This document shows, piece after piece, positions 20,356 to 27,437 of a stretch of DNA of 64,000 bases (positions are counted from its first letter, which is position 1; every line of letters starts with the position of its first letter). The position numbers and the translations under genes were made by a program. The notes below the pieces were generated by a model that was not told where the DNA came from, ran no database searches, and was given only the letters and a program-made list of their open reading frames with translations. The stretch covers positions 1-64,000 of the IMG/VR virus record IMGVR_UViG_3300032322_001517, one strand, 5' to 3'. Source of the stretch: a virus.

Positions 20356-20432
20356 GCCCACGTAGACCAACAGGCAGAGTCAGGAGACTTAAAATCTCCG
20401 TAGTGTCAGTTCGAATCTGACCGTGGGCACCA
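20356..20432 (+). tRNA. tRNA-Leu(TAA), short variable arm
   Basis: Cloverleaf GCCCACG/CGTGGGC, GGAGA-CTTAAAA-TCTCC, TTCGAAT, CCA. Confidence 0.93.
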
Positions 20433-20451
20433 ATTTAACATGGAGTAAATA

Positions 20452-20556
20452 ATGCCGCATCCACATAAGAATCGTCCCCGTAAGGGTCGTCGTAAGGTTG
20501 GCTCTAAGAAGAGGCGTTCTCGTCGTTTGAAGGGTAAGAAGCGCGGAAATCGATAA
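20452..20556 (+). CDS. 34-aa Arg/Lys-rich peptide (not in ORF track)
   Basis: GGAG RBS; MPHPHKNRPRKGRRKVGSKKRRSRRLKGKKRGNR*. Confidence 0.75.
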   Translation: MPHPHKNRPRKGRRKVGSKKRRSRRLKGKKRGNR

Positions 20557-20564
20557 ATAATTTT

Positions 20565-20626
20565 GGGATCAATTCAGCATCATCGCCGTAAGGCACTTTT
20601 TTTTTGGAAAAAGCAAAGATGATCCC
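20565..20626 (+). ncRNA. Y-RNA-like array unit 1
   Basis: Closing helix GGGATCA/TGATCCC, CAGCA at +11, internal GCC-GTAA-GGC and U/A hairpins. Confidence 0.75.
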
Positions 20627-20636
20627 GTTAAGTTCT

Positions 20637-20854
20637 AGGGTAGTTACAGCATACGCCTCATAGCACCGAAGAAGTCTGCGGACTTTCTTCTCCAGTTAGA
20701 TACCTTCGGGTGATCTAACAGACTGTCTAGAGTCTTACTAGAATAGAGTGGTTGATTGTACCTTTACAGCTACTTCGTGGTACGCCATGATAGCCGAGGA
20801 AGGGTTGAGAAGTCCAACTCGATAAACTATCAAAGACGACAATCCACCTACCCT
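20637..20854 (+). ncRNA. Y-RNA-like array unit 2 (large multi-hairpin insert)
   Basis: Closing helix AGGGTAG/CTACCCT, CAGCA at +11, several hairpins incl. UUCG and UACG tetraloops. Confidence 0.75.
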
Positions 20855-20864
20855 GTTTAGTTTT

Positions 20865-20981
20865 AGGTTCACTACAGCATCAAATTGCAATACCTCCCAT
20901 AAAGGAGAAGTTTCGGTGCGAATCCGAGCGGTCTCATGAGACTGTGGTGTAAGAGTAGCACGCTAAAGCAAATGTGAACCT
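20865..20981 (+). ncRNA. Y-RNA-like array unit 3 (circularly permuted tRNA-like, CAT anticodon loop)
   Basis: Closing helix AGGTTCAC/GTGAACCT; order anticodon arm, T arm, looped acceptor stem, D arm. Confidence 0.8.
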
Positions 20982-20991
20982 GTTAAGTTTT

Positions 20992-21110
20992 AGGATTGTT
21001 TCAGCAAACAACTTTCCCAGCCAAAATTGGGACGTAGCTCATTTGGTAGAGCAAGAGTCTAATACACTCTCGGTAGTTGGTTCGATTCCAACCGTTAAAA
21101 AAGCAATCCT
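20992..21110 (+). ncRNA. Y-RNA-like array unit 4 (permuted tRNA-like, AAT anticodon loop)
   Basis: Closing helix AGGATTGTTT/AAGCAATCCT; TCCCA-G-CCA precedes TGGGACG, then D, anticodon and T arms. Confidence 0.8.
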
Positions 21111-21114
21111 GTTA

Positions 21115-21143
21115 TTGACTTTAAATACTGTCTAAGGTAATAT
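21115..21143 (+). promoter_or_regulatory. Early sigma70-like promoter inside the array
   Basis: TTGACT-N17-TAATAT, similar to the phage early promoters on the - strand. Confidence 0.72.
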
Positions 21144-21158
21144 AAGAATATTGAGTTT

Positions 21159-21211
21159 GGGATCAGTTCAGCAATCAACTGTTTTGCATTTAAACAAACC
21201 AAGTTGATCCC
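21159..21211 (+). ncRNA. Y-RNA-like array unit 5
   Basis: Closing helix GGGATCAG/TTGATCCC, CAGCA at +11, TGTTT-N7-AAACA hairpin. Confidence 0.75.
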
Positions 21212-21220
21212 GTTAATTCT

Positions 21221-21275
21221 AGATTGACTGCCGCAACTAAACAATTACACTTGAAATGTAACCAAAGTTCAATCT
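21221..21275 (+). ncRNA. Y-RNA-like array unit 6 (anticodon stem-loop mimic)
   Basis: Closing helix AGATTGA/TCAATCT, CCGCA at +11, TTACA-CTTGAAA-TGTAA hairpin. Confidence 0.75.
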
Positions 21276-21295
21276 GTTAAACATGGAGAAATGAA

Positions 21296-22735
21296 ATGAC
21301 TACTTTTGCTAATGCTGTTCGTAATCAGGAAGCTCGTACTGCCAATGGCATGAAGGCTCGTGCTTCTACTGCTAATGCTTGTGTTGATCTGTTCTTCAAG
21401 ATCGGTGCATCACGTGGCAAGAACATCGTTCCTGACTTCACTGCTGCTTATGTTCAGGACCGTGATATCGCTTCACGTATTGCTCTTTGGGCTCGTGATG
21501 CTCGTGGTGGTGCTGGTGAGCGTAAGCTGTTCCGCGATATCCTCAAGGAACTTGCTGTTCATGACGCAGATCGTGCGATTGCTCTTATGCAAAAGGCTCC
21601 TTATGTTGGTCGCTGGGATGACTTGCTTGTATTTGAGGATGAAGGTGTTCTTCAGCACTACGCTTTTGAAATGATTCGTCATGCGCTCGAAGACAACAAC
21701 GGTCTTTGTGCCAAGTGGATGCCTCGTAAGGGTCCAGTAGCTGCAAAGCTACGTGCTCATCTTGGTTGGTCGCCAAAGCGTTACCGCAAGACTCTTGTGT
21801 CTTTGACCAAGGTTGTTGAGCAGCAGATGTGTGCTAATCAGTGGGATGAGATTAACTTCAATCATGTTCCCTCAGTAGCTTCTGCTCGTTACAAGAAGGC
21901 GTTTGCTCGTCATACTGAAAAGTATAAGGAGTGGACTACTGCTCTTGTTTCTACCGATCCGAAGGTTAAGGAGACTGTAAAGGTTAACGCTGGTGCAGTT
22001 TACCCTTACGATGTTCTGAAGGGTCTTATCAACGTTGGTTATCATGCCAACTATGATAAGTCAAACCTTGATCATATTGTTGCTCAGTGGGAAGCTCTGC
22101 CGAACTTCGTTGGCGATGCAAATATTTTACCTTTGGTAGACGTTTCTGGTTCAATGACTTCTAAGGCAGGTGGGCTCAACTCCAAGTCCGTTGTGACTTG
22201 TCTGGATGTTTCTGTTTCGCTGGGTCTTTATCTGGCAGACAAGAACAAGGGTAAGTTCAAGGATACGTTCTTGACTTTCTCTAGCGCCCCTCAGCTGCTG
22301 AACCTTCGTGGCAACGTTGTCGAGAAGATCAAGCAAATGGTTACTTCAGAATGGCAAATGAGCACTGACCTTCACAAGGCAATGGACAAGATCCTTAGCG
22401 TTGCTATTCAGAACACTGTTCCTCAGGAGGAAATGCCTGAGATGCTTCTGATCCTGTCAGATATGCAGTTCAACCAGTGCACTCGCTTTGATGATTCTGC
22501 AATGCAGATGATTCATCGCAAGTTCGAAAACGCTGGTTACAAGGTTCCTGCTATCGTGTTCTGGAATCTGAATGCTGCGGATAATGTTCCTGTTAAGCAC
22601 GATGCTTCTGGTGTTGCGCTTGTATCAGGGTTCTCGCCTTCTATCGTAAAGTCTATCCTGTCTGCGGATATGGAACAGTTTACTCCTGAAGGTATCATGA
22701 TGAAGACTATTATGTCGGAGCGTTACTCGCTCTGA
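21296..22735 (+). CDS. DUF2828-family TROVE/Ro60-like protein with C-terminal vWA domain
   Basis: TANG...CVDLFF..RDARGGAGER..GRWDDL..CAKWMPR helical region; vWA MIDAS DVSGS and LSDMQF, IVFWNL. Confidence 0.85.
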   Translation: MTTFANAVRNQEARTANGMKARASTANACVDLFFKIGASRGKNIVPDFTAAYVQDRDIASRIALWARDARGGAGERKLFRDILKELAVHDADRAIALMQKAPYVGRWDDLLVFEDEGVLQHYAFEMIRHALEDNNGLCAKWMPRKGPVAAKLRAHLGWSPKRYRKTLVSLTKVVEQQMCANQWDEINFNHVPSVASARYKKAFARHTEKYKEWTTALVSTDPKVKETVKVNAGAVYPYDVLKGLINVGYHANYDKSNLDHIVAQWEALPNFVGDANILPLVDVSGSMTSKAGGLNSKSVVTCLDVSVSLGLYLADKNKGKFKDTFLTFSSAPQLLNLRGNVVEKIKQMVTSEWQMSTDLHKAMDKILSVAIQNTVPQEEMPEMLLILSDMQFNQCTRFDDSAMQMIHRKFENAGYKVPAIVFWNLNAADNVPVKHDASGVALVSGFSPSIVKSILSADMEQFTPEGIMMKTIMSERYSL

Positions 22736-22749
22736 CATAAATACTATAC

Positions 22750-22824
22750 GCGGGTATGGCATAATGGTGGTGCATCAGCCTTCCAAGCTGACTAGGACCG
22801 GTTCGATTCCGGCTACCCGCTCCA
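22750..22824 (+). tRNA. tRNA-Gly(TCC)
   Basis: Cloverleaf, TCAGC-CTTCCAA-GCTGA, U73-CCA. Confidence 0.95.
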
Positions 22825-22839
22825 TATTATAGGAGATTT

Positions 22840-23535
22840 ATGATGTATCAATCTACTACATTTTCTAAAGTCCAGTATGATGAAGGACTTCGCAGTTTTA
22901 TGCTGCAAGTTTACAATTACATGACTTTTGCGCTTGCTCTTAGTGGACTTGTTTCGCTAGGTATCTCTATGTCCCCTGCTCTGATGGCAGTGATTTGGGG
23001 TACTGCATTGAAGTGGGTTGTTATTCTTGCGCCACTGGCAATGTCTATTGGCTTCGCATTTATGATTGAAAAGATTAATTCTAATACAGCAAAGCTGTTT
23101 CTGTTTGCTTTTGCTCTAGCGATGGGTTTGAGCCTGAGTTCAATCTTTGCTATCTATAAGATGGGCAGCATTATTCACGTATTTTTCATTTCAGCGGCTA
23201 CATTTGGTGCTGCTTCTTTGTATGGGTATACAACGAAGGCTGACTTGACTAAGATGGGTTCATTCCTGATTATGGGTGTTATCGGTCTTGTTATTGCTGG
23301 TCTTGTAAACCTTTTCCTACAAAGTTCAATGTTTGCCTTTGTTATTAGCTGTCTTGCAGTTCTTATCTTTACTGGTCTAACTGCATATGACACTCAGCAG
23401 ATTAAGCAGATGTACGATGAAACAGAAGGCGAAGAACAAAAGAAGGCTGGAGTTATTGGAGCTCTAATGCTTTATATGGACTTCATTAACATCTTCATCA
23501 ATCTGCTTCAAATTATCGGAGATAAGAAAGAATGA
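22840..23535 (+). CDS. Bax inhibitor-1/YccA family membrane protein
   Basis: YDEGLRSFMLQVYNYM, about 7 TM helices, GLTAYDTQ, LYMDFINIF. Confidence 0.92.
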   Translation: MMYQSTTFSKVQYDEGLRSFMLQVYNYMTFALALSGLVSLGISMSPALMAVIWGTALKWVVILAPLAMSIGFAFMIEKINSNTAKLFLFAFALAMGLSLSSIFAIYKMGSIIHVFFISAATFGAASLYGYTTKADLTKMGSFLIMGVIGLVIAGLVNLFLQSSMFAFVISCLAVLIFTGLTAYDTQQIKQMYDETEGEEQKKAGVIGALMLYMDFINIFINLLQIIGDKKE

Positions 23536-23954
23536 AGAAGCTCGTTTTAGTTGCGATGATGTTGATAGCATCTGTTGCTACCGCTATGGCTAACCCCTAC
23601 GATTATAGGGTGATCCGAGTGCTTGATGGTGACACAGTCGAGTTTGATGCACCATTTTTACCGAAAGAACTAAAGCATGTTCTTAAACTTCGTATTGAAG
23701 GTGTAGATACTCCTGAAAAGGGTAGACTCGCCAAGTGCGAAACAGAAAGAATGTTAGCTGAAAGAGCAACACAGTTTACACAAAGACAAGTTGCAGCAGC
23801 CAAGAAGCATCAAATAGTTATTATTGGTTGGGATAAGTATGGTGGTCGAGTAATAGGAGATCTATTGTTGGACGGTAAATCTCTAAAGAAAATGTTACTT
23901 GACTTTAAACACGCTATGCCTTATGATGGTGGTAAGAAAGCAAGTTGGTGCTGA
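23532..23954 (+). CDS. Thermonuclease (SNase) family protein with signal peptide
   Basis: VLDGDT, LRIEGVDTPE, DKYGGR. Confidence 0.88.
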   Translation: MKKLVLVAMMLIASVATAMANPYDYRVIRVLDGDTVEFDAPFLPKELKHVLKLRIEGVDTPEKGRLAKCETERMLAERATQFTQRQVAAAKKHQIVIIGWDKYGGRVIGDLLLDGKSLKKMLLDFKHAMPYDGGKKASWC

Positions 23955-23966
23955 AAGGGTTTATCT

Positions 23967-24446
23967 ATGAGACAGGAGTTCAATCTTGACGAAGTTGTTC
24001 AATTTATCCGGAATTCTTCGCCTTCCACCTCCATCTATATTGGAGCAGATAGTGAACGCTACCGTGGTAGGGATGACAAATGGTATGCTGACTACACAGT
24101 TGCTATTGTTATTCATGTGGACTCTTCTCGTGGATGTAAAGTTTTCGGAAAAGTAGACTCTGAACGAGACTTTGACAATCGACATGATCGCCCAGCGACA
24201 CGTTTGATGAATGAAGTTTATCGTGCTGCTCAAATGTATCTTGATCTGATTGACGCTATCGGTGATCGTCATTGCGAAGTTCACCTTGACATCAATCCTG
24301 ATGAAATGCATGGTTCGTCTTGTGTTATTCAGCAAGCAACTGGTTATATTCGTGGCATGTGTGGCTTCCCACCAAAGGTAAAGCCAGAAGCGTTCTCTGC
24401 TTCATATGCTGCGGATCGTCTCAAAGAGATCCTTGCGACCTCATAA
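23967..24446 (+). CDS. RNase H-like YkuK (DUF458) family protein
   Basis: IYIGADS, RLMNEV, EVHLDIN, KPEAFSASYAADR. Confidence 0.85.
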   Translation: MRQEFNLDEVVQFIRNSSPSTSIYIGADSERYRGRDDKWYADYTVAIVIHVDSSRGCKVFGKVDSERDFDNRHDRPATRLMNEVYRAAQMYLDLIDAIGDRHCEVHLDINPDEMHGSSCVIQQATGYIRGMCGFPPKVKPEAFSASYAADRLKEILATS

Positions 24447-24453
24447 TCAATAA

Positions 24454-24529
24454 GCACGCGTAGCTTAGTGGCCAAAGCCAGCCGCTCATAACGGTTTTAT
24501 CGGGGGTTCGAGTCCCTCCGCGTGCACCA
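24454..24529 (+). tRNA. tRNA with CAT anticodon (probably Ile2, lysidine type)
   Basis: Cloverleaf, AGCCG-CTCATAA-CGGTT; Ile2 vs Met assignment is inference. Confidence 0.9.
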
Positions 24530-24546
24530 ATTTTCTAAGGTGAAAT

Positions 24547-24993
24547 ATGAAATACATTGTACCTCTTGATCATGAATACGCTCACCTTTTAAAAGACGAT
24601 ACTGTTAGACCAGAATTAAATTACGACTTTAGATTTTCTAATGGTAGAGAATGTTTTGCCCTAAAGGAAGATAATGATGTATATGCAATAATTTGTGTTG
24701 CATATACTCACCAAGTTCCTAAAACTGTTGAAGAACTAGACGAATATGCCTTCAACGATTTCAATGATCCTAATTCTATCGCTGTCTTTTATACAGTTTG
24801 GTCTTATAAGAACGGCGCAGGTAGAGACATTGTTTTTAACGTCGTTGACTTAATTAAGCATTTCAATCCTCACGTCAAACGTTTCGTTACTCTCAGCCCT
24901 AAAACCAAAATGGCCAGAAAGTTCCATCTTCGTAATGGAGCCATTGTTCTTAGCGACAATGAAAGCTCTGTAAATTACGAGTATAACGTATGA
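24547..24993 (+). CDS. Conserved phage protein, GNAT-like fold
   Basis: IAVFYTVWSY..GAGR...FVTLSPKT.MA..FHL.NGA. Confidence 0.6.
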   Translation: MKYIVPLDHEYAHLLKDDTVRPELNYDFRFSNGRECFALKEDNDVYAIICVAYTHQVPKTVEELDEYAFNDFNDPNSIAVFYTVWSYKNGAGRDIVFNVVDLIKHFNPHVKRFVTLSPKTKMARKFHLRNGAIVLSDNESSVNYEYNV

Positions 24994-25343
24994 AACGTTT
25001 GCTTGTTTTAATTTCAACTTTATTCTTACTTTCCTCCGCGCCCGCACTTTCTAATTCTATAAATACAACTACCGTTGTCACCTCGTGGTACCAGCATGGT
25101 AAAAAAACTGCGAGTGGGCAACGTTTCGATCCGAATGGGCTATCTGCCGCACATCGTACCCTACCATTCGGAACTAAACTTAGGCTGACTAACCCTAATA
25201 ATGGGAGGTCCATAATTGTTACGGTTAACGACAGAGGTCCATTTATCCGTGGGACTGGGTTGGATGTTTCAAGAGGTGCTGCTCAACAACTTGGATTTAT
25301 TCGTCAAGGTAAAACAAGACTACAAATGCAAGTTTTGAAATAA
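24990..25343 (+). CDS. RlpA-like (DPBB) lytic transglycosylase with signal peptide
   Basis: SWY..GKKTASG..AAHRTLPFGT..VNDRGP..LDVSRGAA. Confidence 0.92.
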   Translation: MKRLLVLISTLFLLSSAPALSNSINTTTVVTSWYQHGKKTASGQRFDPNGLSAAHRTLPFGTKLRLTNPNNGRSIIVTVNDRGPFIRGTGLDVSRGAAQQLGFIRQGKTRLQMQVLK

Positions 25344-25385
25344 TATATTACTCTCGCCGTAACAAAGATAAAAAGGAAAAGAGTA

Positions 25386-26066
25386 ATGAAAAAACTTATC
25401 CTCATCCTGGCAGTGATGCTAGGGTCGGTCTGGTTTACGCCACAATCAGCGGAAGCTAGGCCAAATAAGAACTATCATTATAGTCAAAAGAAAGTAAAAA
25501 AGCATACTGTTAAGAAAACGAGAGTTGTTAGGCAACAAAGACAAAGAGCTCCAGTCGTTCATCAACAAAGACAAAGAGCAGCAGTCGTTCAACAGCCTCA
25601 AGTAAATAATGTAGTTAATACTGAAGATGAGTCTGCTGCAACATTTTTTGCTAGAGAAAGGCAGGCATTGATGGAGCAAACTCAACAAGGTGTAAGACGA
25701 GCATTTTCCTACACAGAAAGAAGTATCCAATATGGAGGCGACTTAGTAGGACAAGCATCTAAGCATATTGGCGCTAGTGCTCATCAATTAGGATTGCCAT
25801 CTAGACTTTGGTGTGCAGACTTTATGAATAAGATAGTTGGTGGTACAGATCGTAGAGCTATTTCATTTGTTCATCGAGGTAAGCCAGCTTCTCATGGATG
25901 CACCAATTGTATCGCTGTTACAAGACGTAAAGGCGGGCATCATGTCGGTGTAGTAAAAGGATATGATGCACAGGGTAATCCGATTATCATTTCCGGCAAT
26001 CACAATCGAAGAGTTGGCGTAGGAGTTTATGCCAGAAATAAAGTTATTGCCTATCGCTACGTTTAG
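25386..26066 (+). CDS. Secreted NlpC/CHAP-like (TIGR02594-like) cell-wall hydrolase
   Basis: Signal peptide; WCADFMN, GHHVG, ISGN motifs. Confidence 0.75.
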   Translation: MKKLILILAVMLGSVWFTPQSAEARPNKNYHYSQKKVKKHTVKKTRVVRQQRQRAPVVHQQRQRAAVVQQPQVNNVVNTEDESAATFFARERQALMEQTQQGVRRAFSYTERSIQYGGDLVGQASKHIGASAHQLGLPSRLWCADFMNKIVGGTDRRAISFVHRGKPASHGCTNCIAVTRRKGGHHVGVVKGYDAQGNPIIISGNHNRRVGVGVYARNKVIAYRYV

Positions 26067-26072
26067 TAGTAT

Positions 26073-26100
26073 AATAGGGGCTACCCCAGCCCCTATTTTT
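26073..26100 (+). terminator. Rho-independent terminator
   Basis: ATAGGGGCT-ACCCC-AGCCCCTAT followed by T tract. Confidence 0.8.
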
Positions 26101-26270
26101 CTGGAGTAAAATTATGAATACTGATGAAATAGTAAAAAACGCAGACTTAGCATGGTGCATCGATATCTTTCAAAGAATCGACGAAATCTTAAAAAAGACA
26201 AATGTTTCAGTAAGCGATCTAAGTCAAGTTCACTGGTTGGTTAAGCAAGGATTAAAGGTGAAGCGCGAAG

Positions 26271-26834
26271 ATGAATGATAAAGAAGATAAGTTTGTAACA
26301 ATACCTTCCATAGAAGATCACCACTATTACTTGTTTAATAAAGATTTCACTGCTGATTCTTGTGGGGATGCTATCGCTTTTATTCTTGAGCGCAATTTGA
26401 TGCCTAAGAATAAGCCCAAGCAGATTAAGATGATTATTAATTCTTATGGTGGCGCTGTTGATTCTGCTTTTGCCTTAATTGATACCATGAAGGGTTCTCC
26501 GATTCCAATCTACACATATGGATTAGGATGCATAGCCAGTTGCGGATTGCTAACATTTATTGCAGGTAAAAAGGGTAATAGGTTTATCACTCGTAACACT
26601 TCTATCCTTTCTCATCAGTTCAGTTGGGGTTCTTTTGGTAAAGAACATGAACTCTTCGCTTCTGTTAAAGAGTTTAACAACACGCACAAGAGAATGGTCG
26701 AGCATTATCAAAAGTGCACTGGCATGAAAGAAAAGGATATTAAAAAGTATTTACTTCCACCTGAAGATGTTTGGCTTACCGCTAAAGAAGCAGTTAAATA
26801 TGGCATAGCTGATGAGATTGTTGACTTTTACTGA
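26271..26834 (+). CDS. clpP: ClpP-like protease
   Basis: IINSYGG, IASCG catalytic Ser, ILSHQ, DVWLTAKEAVKYGIADEI. Confidence 0.88.
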   Translation: MNDKEDKFVTIPSIEDHHYYLFNKDFTADSCGDAIAFILERNLMPKNKPKQIKMIINSYGGAVDSAFALIDTMKGSPIPIYTYGLGCIASCGLLTFIAGKKGNRFITRNTSILSHQFSWGSFGKEHELFASVKEFNNTHKRMVEHYQKCTGMKEKDIKKYLLPPEDVWLTAKEAVKYGIADEIVDFY

Positions 26835-27045
26835 AATACTTGAGTGGGCTGCAACATTTGTATTGATAATAGGTGTTGCTCTAACTGCTTGGAACATTTA
26901 TCCATTAAACATATATTTTTCTTTAATCGGAAATTTTATGTGGTTGATAATAGCTTTCGTTTGGAAAAAATGGTCCTTAATTTCCGTACAAATAATCATC
27001 ACAATATTATACGTCAGCGGTTTAATAAATAACATTGTCAATTAA
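26812..27045 (+). CDS. Small membrane protein
   Basis: Three hydrophobic segments. Confidence 0.6.
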   Translation: MRLLTFTEILEWAATFVLIIGVALTAWNIYPLNIYFSLIGNFMWLIIAFVWKKWSLISVQIIITILYVSGLINNIVN

Positions 27046-27158
27046 GGGTATTAAATGAAAAGCGAACTAGAACTTTTAGTTGAGTATGATATGTATATTA
27101 ATGGTTTAGACCCAAGCAATCCAGAAGATATTAAGAAATACTGGGAGGAACGTCTAGG

Positions 27159-27425
27159 ATGAAGCACGTTACTGTTTATACTAAGGAAAATTGCATTTAT
27201 TGTACGAAAGCAAAGATGCTTCTAGCATCAAAGGGTATTTTCTACAACGAATTAAAGTTGAATGAAGATTTCTCTAGAGAAAATTTACTCGAGCTTTATC
27301 CAAGCGCAAAAACATTTCCTGTAATTGTAGTTGATGGATTTAATATTGGTGGTGCTCAAGAGCTAGAGTTGATTTTAAATGAAGAAAACGAAATGGGTAA
27401 CAAAAAGTTCCTGATTGAAGGGTAA
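27159..27425 (+). CDS. nrdC: Glutaredoxin
   Basis: CIYC, TFP, IGG. Confidence 0.9.
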   Translation: MKHVTVYTKENCIYCTKAKMLLASKGIFYNELKLNEDFSRENLLELYPSAKTFPVIVVDGFNIGGAQELELILNEENEMGNKKFLIEG

Positions 27426-27437
27426 TGGAGATATAGT

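Noticed and set aside
20700-20820. Group I intron or RNase P RNA in unit 2 (ACAGACT, AGTCC, GAGGAAG motifs)
   Set aside because: Only short motif echoes. I could not build P3/P4/P7 or the RNase P P4 helix, and no interrupted gene flanks it.
21028-21096. Ordinary or pseudo tRNA-Ile(AAT)
   Set aside because: Read linearly it has only a 4-bp acceptor stem and no 3' CCA. The missing strand and CCA lie upstream, so it is better explained as a permuted module in unit 4.
20565-21275. CRISPR array interpretation of the repeated units
   Set aside because: The repeats are not identical direct repeats but covarying stems that pair across each insert. Unit lengths vary from 53 to 218 nt and there are no cas genes.
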